Assembly: GCA_965206595.1 (NCBI GenBank)
Contig: OZ242214.1
Span: forward strand, 2,016,001 to 2,080,000
Length of the DNA: 64,000 nt
Direction: 5' to 3'
Source: Candidatus Latescibacterota bacterium
GTDB lineage: Bacteria; Latescibacterota; UBA2968; UBA8231
Positions 60,528 to 64,000 of the stretch are shown one piece after another. Under the pieces are notes generated by a model, which saw only the letters and a list, made by a program, of their open reading frames with translations, searched no databases and was not told the DNA's origin. How positions within the stretch are numbered: the stretch's first letter is position 1; the number at the start of each line of letters is the position of its first letter. Position numbers and translations under genes: made by a program.

Positions 60528-61619
60528 ATGAGCGAGGTCGCAGACATCGACGCGGGCATTCGTCTCACCGGCCCCCTCACCCTGGAGACGCTGCCCGGAC
60601 TGGAAAGCCGCTGCCGGCGTCTGATCGACAGCCATCCGCACACCCGTTTGTCGGCCGACGTCACCGCGGTAAGCGCGATCGACACCGCGGGTGTGGTTTT
60701 CCTGCGCGGCCTGGCAAAAACGGCCGGGGCCTCGGGCAAGGAGCTGGTGGTCGGCCCCCTTCCGGAGGACCTGCAACCGTTCTTCGACTTCGTACGGCCT
60801 CCCGAAGCCGCGGCCAGCGAGGCTCCTGCACGTCCGGCGCTCGGCCAGCGCCTCGGCGACGCCGCGGAGGATCTCGTCGATCGCGCCGCGGATTTCCTCT
60901 ACCTCGCCTCCGACCTCACCTGGGTCGCAGCGGCCGCAATTTTCCGGAGATTCGGCATCCGCCGCGGCACCTTCGTCGATCAGGCGGTCGCCATCGGCTC
61001 CCAGGGCCTGCCGATCGTCGCGCTCATACTGTTCCTCGTCGGCGGCGTATCTACCCTGCAGGCCGCGGCCCAGCTGCGTCAGTTCGGCGCCAACATCTTC
61101 GTCGCCGACCTGCTCGCCATCGGCGTCAGCCGCGAGCTCGGGCCGCTGATGACGGCGATCATCGTCGCCGGCCGCAGCGGCTCGGCGATCGCCGCGGAAA
61201 TTGCGACGATGAAGTTCACCGAGGAGATCGACGCCCTGCGCACCATGGCTCTCGATCCCCTGCGCATGGTCGCCGTCCCCAAGATGTGGGCGATGCTGGC
61301 GACGGTGCCCCTGCTGACGATAATGGCGGTCTTCTTCGGCCTCCTCGGGGGGACCCTCACCGGCGTGCTCTCGCTCGACATCGCCCCGACCACCTTTGTC
61401 GCCCGGATCGTCGACGCCCTGCAGCTCAAGGACATCCTCACCGGCCTGGTCAAGAGCGTCTCCTTCGCCTGGATCATCGCCGTGATCGGCGTGCACCGGG
61501 GCCTCAACTCCACGGGGGGAACCACAGGTGTGGGCGTCTCCACCACCTCGTCGGTGGTCAGCTCGATCTTCGGCATCATCGTCCTCGACCTCTCCTGGGG
61601 TCTCATCTTCTACCTGTGA
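60528..61619 (+). CDS. mlaE: MlaE-family permease with N-terminal STAS domain
   Basis: DTAG STAS motif; RELGPLMTAIIVAGRSGSAIAAEIATM, EEIDALRTM, GVGVSTT. Confidence 0.93.
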   Translation: MSEVADIDAGIRLTGPLTLETLPGLESRCRRLIDSHPHTRLSADVTAVSAIDTAGVVFLRGLAKTAGASGKELVVGPLPEDLQPFFDFVRPPEAAASEAPARPALGQRLGDAAEDLVDRAADFLYLASDLTWVAAAAIFRRFGIRRGTFVDQAVAIGSQGLPIVALILFLVGGVSTLQAAAQLRQFGANIFVADLLAIGVSRELGPLMTAIIVAGRSGSAIAAEIATMKFTEEIDALRTMALDPLRMVAVPKMWAMLATVPLLTIMAVFFGLLGGTLTGVLSLDIAPTTFVARIVDALQLKDILTGLVKSVSFAWIIAVIGVHRGLNSTGGTTGVGVSTTSSVVSSIFGIIVLDLSWGLIFYL

Positions 61620-61627
61620 CAACGGCG

Positions 61628-62377
61628 ATGGCAGAGGATGCTCAGGCGGTACCCGCGATCGACATAGAGCGCCTGCGCGTGGCCTACGGGGACCATCTCG
61701 TGCTGCGCGACGTCAGCCTGCACGTCGGGAAGGGAGAGATCGCCGTCATCGTCGGGGGCAGCGGCTGCGGCAAGAGCACCCTGCTCAAGGCGGCCATCGG
61801 CCTCGTGGAGCCGAGCTCGGGGGCGGTGCGTCTGCTGGGATCGGAGCTGCGCACCCTGGAGGAATCCCGGCAGGGGGAGCTCAAGAAGCGGATCGGGGTG
61901 ATGTTCCAGTACGGGGCGCTGTTGAACTCGCTGACGATCGGGGAGAACGTCGCCCTGCCGCTGGAAATGCACACCGACCTCGACGGGGACCTCGTGCGCG
62001 AGGTGGTTTCAACGCGGCTGCACATGGTCGGCATCGGTCAGGCGATCGACCGCTATCCGAACGAGCTTTCCGGCGGCATGCGCAAGCGCGCCGCCCTCGC
62101 CCGAGCCATGGTTTTGGAACCGGACATCCTGTTCTGCGACGAGCCGGGGGCCGGGCTCGATCCGGTGACCGCGGCCGAGGTCGACCGCCTCCTGCTTACC
62201 GTCAACCGGAGCCTCGGGATAACCCTCGTCGTCGTCACCCACGAGCTCCTCAGCATCGAGAGACTCGGAGGCCGCCTGCTGATGCTCGCCGGAGGTGAGG
62301 TGCTGTTCTCGGGCACCTCGGAGGAAGCGCGCCATTCCGGGAAACCGGAGCTGGAGGGGTTCTTCCGCCCGCAGTGA
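61628..62377 (+). CDS. mlaF: MlaF-family ABC ATPase
   Basis: GGSGCGKST, FQYGALLNS, ELSGGMRKRAALARA, DEPGAGLDP. Confidence 0.93.
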   Translation: MAEDAQAVPAIDIERLRVAYGDHLVLRDVSLHVGKGEIAVIVGGSGCGKSTLLKAAIGLVEPSSGAVRLLGSELRTLEESRQGELKKRIGVMFQYGALLNSLTIGENVALPLEMHTDLDGDLVREVVSTRLHMVGIGQAIDRYPNELSGGMRKRAALARAMVLEPDILFCDEPGAGLDPVTAAEVDRLLLTVNRSLGITLVVVTHELLSIERLGGRLLMLAGGEVLFSGTSEEARHSGKPELEGFFRPQ

Positions 62378-62424
62378 GGCCGCTGCGCCCCGGCTGAATC
62401 CACCCTTCGAGTGCTGGTCCCGCA

Positions 62425-63120
62425 ATGAAATCGATTCCCCCCTTCCTCGCCCGCCTCCCGGACCGCTTCCGGAAAAACGGATTGGTGCGCGGTTTCCGGG
62501 CCTCGTACCTGGCGCGGATCTGTAACCCCGGCACCGTCTTCGACGTCGGCGTCGGACGCGGAACCGAGGAGCTGTACCGCGCATTCCCGAAAGCGAGAAT
62601 GCTGCTGATCGAACCGCTGACCGAGTACCGCGAGGCGCTCGCGCGGATCTCGGGGAAGTACGATTGCCGGATCATCGACAAGGCGGTCGGGCGCCGCTGC
62701 GGACAGGCGGAGATCGCCGTCGACACGGGCGATCCGCACAAATCCTCTTTCGGGCGCCGCACCCGCCAGGGGGTACCGGGCGGTGCGCTTACCGCCCGAG
62801 CCGTCGAGATGACGACACTGGACCAGATCCTGCGGGAAAACCCCGATCTCGCCCCCCCCTTCCTCCTCAAAATCGACACCGAGGGGCACGAGCTCGAAGT
62901 GGTCGAAGGGGCGGACGAGCTGCTGCAACGGACCGAGGTCGTCATCGCCGAGGTCTCGGTCGCCGAGCGCTTCGAGGGCGGGTACCGGTTCGAGGAGTTC
63001 GTCGCCGCCATGGGCGCCCGCGGCTTCCGGGTCTTCGACTTCCTCAGGGTCCGCTACGTCAAGGGGGCCCCGGGGACGCGGTTCGCCGACGTAGTTTTCA
63101 GGAGGGCGGGGGCGGGATGA
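62425..63120 (+). CDS. FkbM-family methyltransferase
   Basis: VFDVGVGRG, IEP, TTLD, KIDTEGHE. Confidence 0.88.
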   Translation: MKSIPPFLARLPDRFRKNGLVRGFRASYLARICNPGTVFDVGVGRGTEELYRAFPKARMLLIEPLTEYREALARISGKYDCRIIDKAVGRRCGQAEIAVDTGDPHKSSFGRRTRQGVPGGALTARAVEMTTLDQILRENPDLAPPFLLKIDTEGHELEVVEGADELLQRTEVVIAEVSVAERFEGGYRFEEFVAAMGARGFRVFDFLRVRYVKGAPGTRFADVVFRRAGAG

Positions 63121-63710
63121 GAATCATCCTGATGGCGGCGATCTCTCCGGACCGCGTCATCGGCCGGGACGGCGCCATCCCCTGGCATTACCCGGCCGAT
63201 ATGCGCTACGTCAAACAGACGACCACCGGCCACCCCTGCGTGATGGGGCGGAAGACCTGGGAATCCCTCCCCCGCCGCCCGCTCCCGGGGCGGCCGAACC
63301 TAGTTCTCACCAGGCAGGCGGGCTACGAGGCCGCTTCGGGAGTGATCCTTTGCGCCAGCTTCGAAGAGGCGCGGCGGCGCTGCCAGGCGATGGGTGCCGA
63401 GCGCGTGTTCGTCCTGGGAGGGGAGGAGGTCTTCCGCGAGACGCTGGAGCTGGACGTAGCGGACGAGTTGCTGATCACCCATGTCCCCGACCGCGTCGAG
63501 GGGGACGTGCATTTCCCGGAATGGGATGAGCGGAAATGGCCTCTGAAAGAAGAATGGCGCGACCCGCCCACGGTTTCCCCTCCCCACTCGGAGAATATGG
63601 CCATGTTTATGCAGATTCAGCAGCAGCAAGGCCTGCGCTTCGCGAGGTACGTACGCCGGCGCGACCCCAATGGAACCCGAACCGAGAGAGAAACGGAGAG
63701 CGATGTTTGA
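63117..63710 (+). CDS. folA: Dihydrofolate reductase
   Basis: VIGRDGAIPWH, MGRKTWES, PLPGRPNLVLTR, VLGG, GDVHFP; ATG overlaps the FkbM stop. Confidence 0.92.
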   Translation: MRIILMAAISPDRVIGRDGAIPWHYPADMRYVKQTTTGHPCVMGRKTWESLPRRPLPGRPNLVLTRQAGYEAASGVILCASFEEARRRCQAMGAERVFVLGGEEVFRETLELDVADELLITHVPDRVEGDVHFPEWDERKWPLKEEWRDPPTVSPPHSENMAMFMQIQQQQGLRFARYVRRRDPNGTRTERETESDV

Positions 63711-64000
63711 ACACCTGGAGCAGGCGCCGGCCGACCCGATCCTTGGTTTGACCGCGGCCTTCAAGGAGGACCCCGACCCCGACAAGATCAACCTCGGGGT
63801 CGGCGTGTACTGCGACGACCGGGGGAAGACCCCGGTTTTCGCCGCGGTGAAGGAGGCGGAAACCCGCCTGCTGGCCGCCCAGTCGACGAAGACCTACCTG
63901 CCGATCGACGGCACCTCGGACTTCGGCCGCGAAGTGCGGGAACTGCTCTTCGGGCCAAAGCTCGCCGAGGAGTACGGCGCCGCCGCGGTGACCGTGCAGG
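63703..64000 (+). CDS. Aspartate/aromatic aminotransferase (class I, AspC/TyrB type), partial
   Basis: MFEHLEQAPADPILGL...KINLGVGVY...TPVFAAVKEAE...YLPIDG; runs off the window. Confidence 0.92.
   Translation, partial: MFEHLEQAPADPILGLTAAFKEDPDPDKINLGVGVYCDDRGKTPVFAAVKEAETRLLAAQSTKTYLPIDGTSDFGREVRELLFGPKLAEEYGAAAVTVQ

Overview
GC-rich bacterial chromosomal window made mostly of housekeeping genes. An NPFN...RKVILLR C-terminal sorting-type domain and the gene content suggest an FCB-superphylum, Latescibacterota/Gemmatimonadota-like organism (inference). Left to right: the 5' part of the dcw cluster (mraZ-rsmH-ftsL-ftsI-murE-murF-ftsW, with no mraY or murD); trmB; a Cys-rich MerR-iscA-iscS-moeZ sulfur/Fe-S cluster; a heavily frameshifted matrixin/YVTN pseudogene; cysK; yyaL; an ssb paralog behind a complete sigma54-type promoter; a thiolase; tRNA-Ala(UGC); a candidate 6S RNA; rplM-rpsI-rpsB-tsf-frr; queA-ispDF-dedA; a probably inactive alpha/beta-hydrolase lipoprotein; a fused ECF ATPase and pyrC; an rnhB-yraN fusion; hrcA-grpE-dnaJ-mrp-prmA-rsmE-aroQ (no dnaK); and several metabolic genes. 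The best candidate for an undescribed system is a divergent lipid locus at about 49-63 kb. One arm encodes an ElbD-like FAR/adenylation/ACP/acyltransferase megaenzyme (myxobacterial ether-lipid type, with a degenerate adenylation site) that overlaps lgt, which in turn overlaps a flavin oxidoreductase. The other arm encodes a lipid kinase and an Mce/Mla transporter operon that includes a PqiC-like lipoprotein and a predicted beta-barrel. No CRISPR array, integrase, transposase or rRNA was seen. All calls come from reading motifs by eye; no database searches were run.
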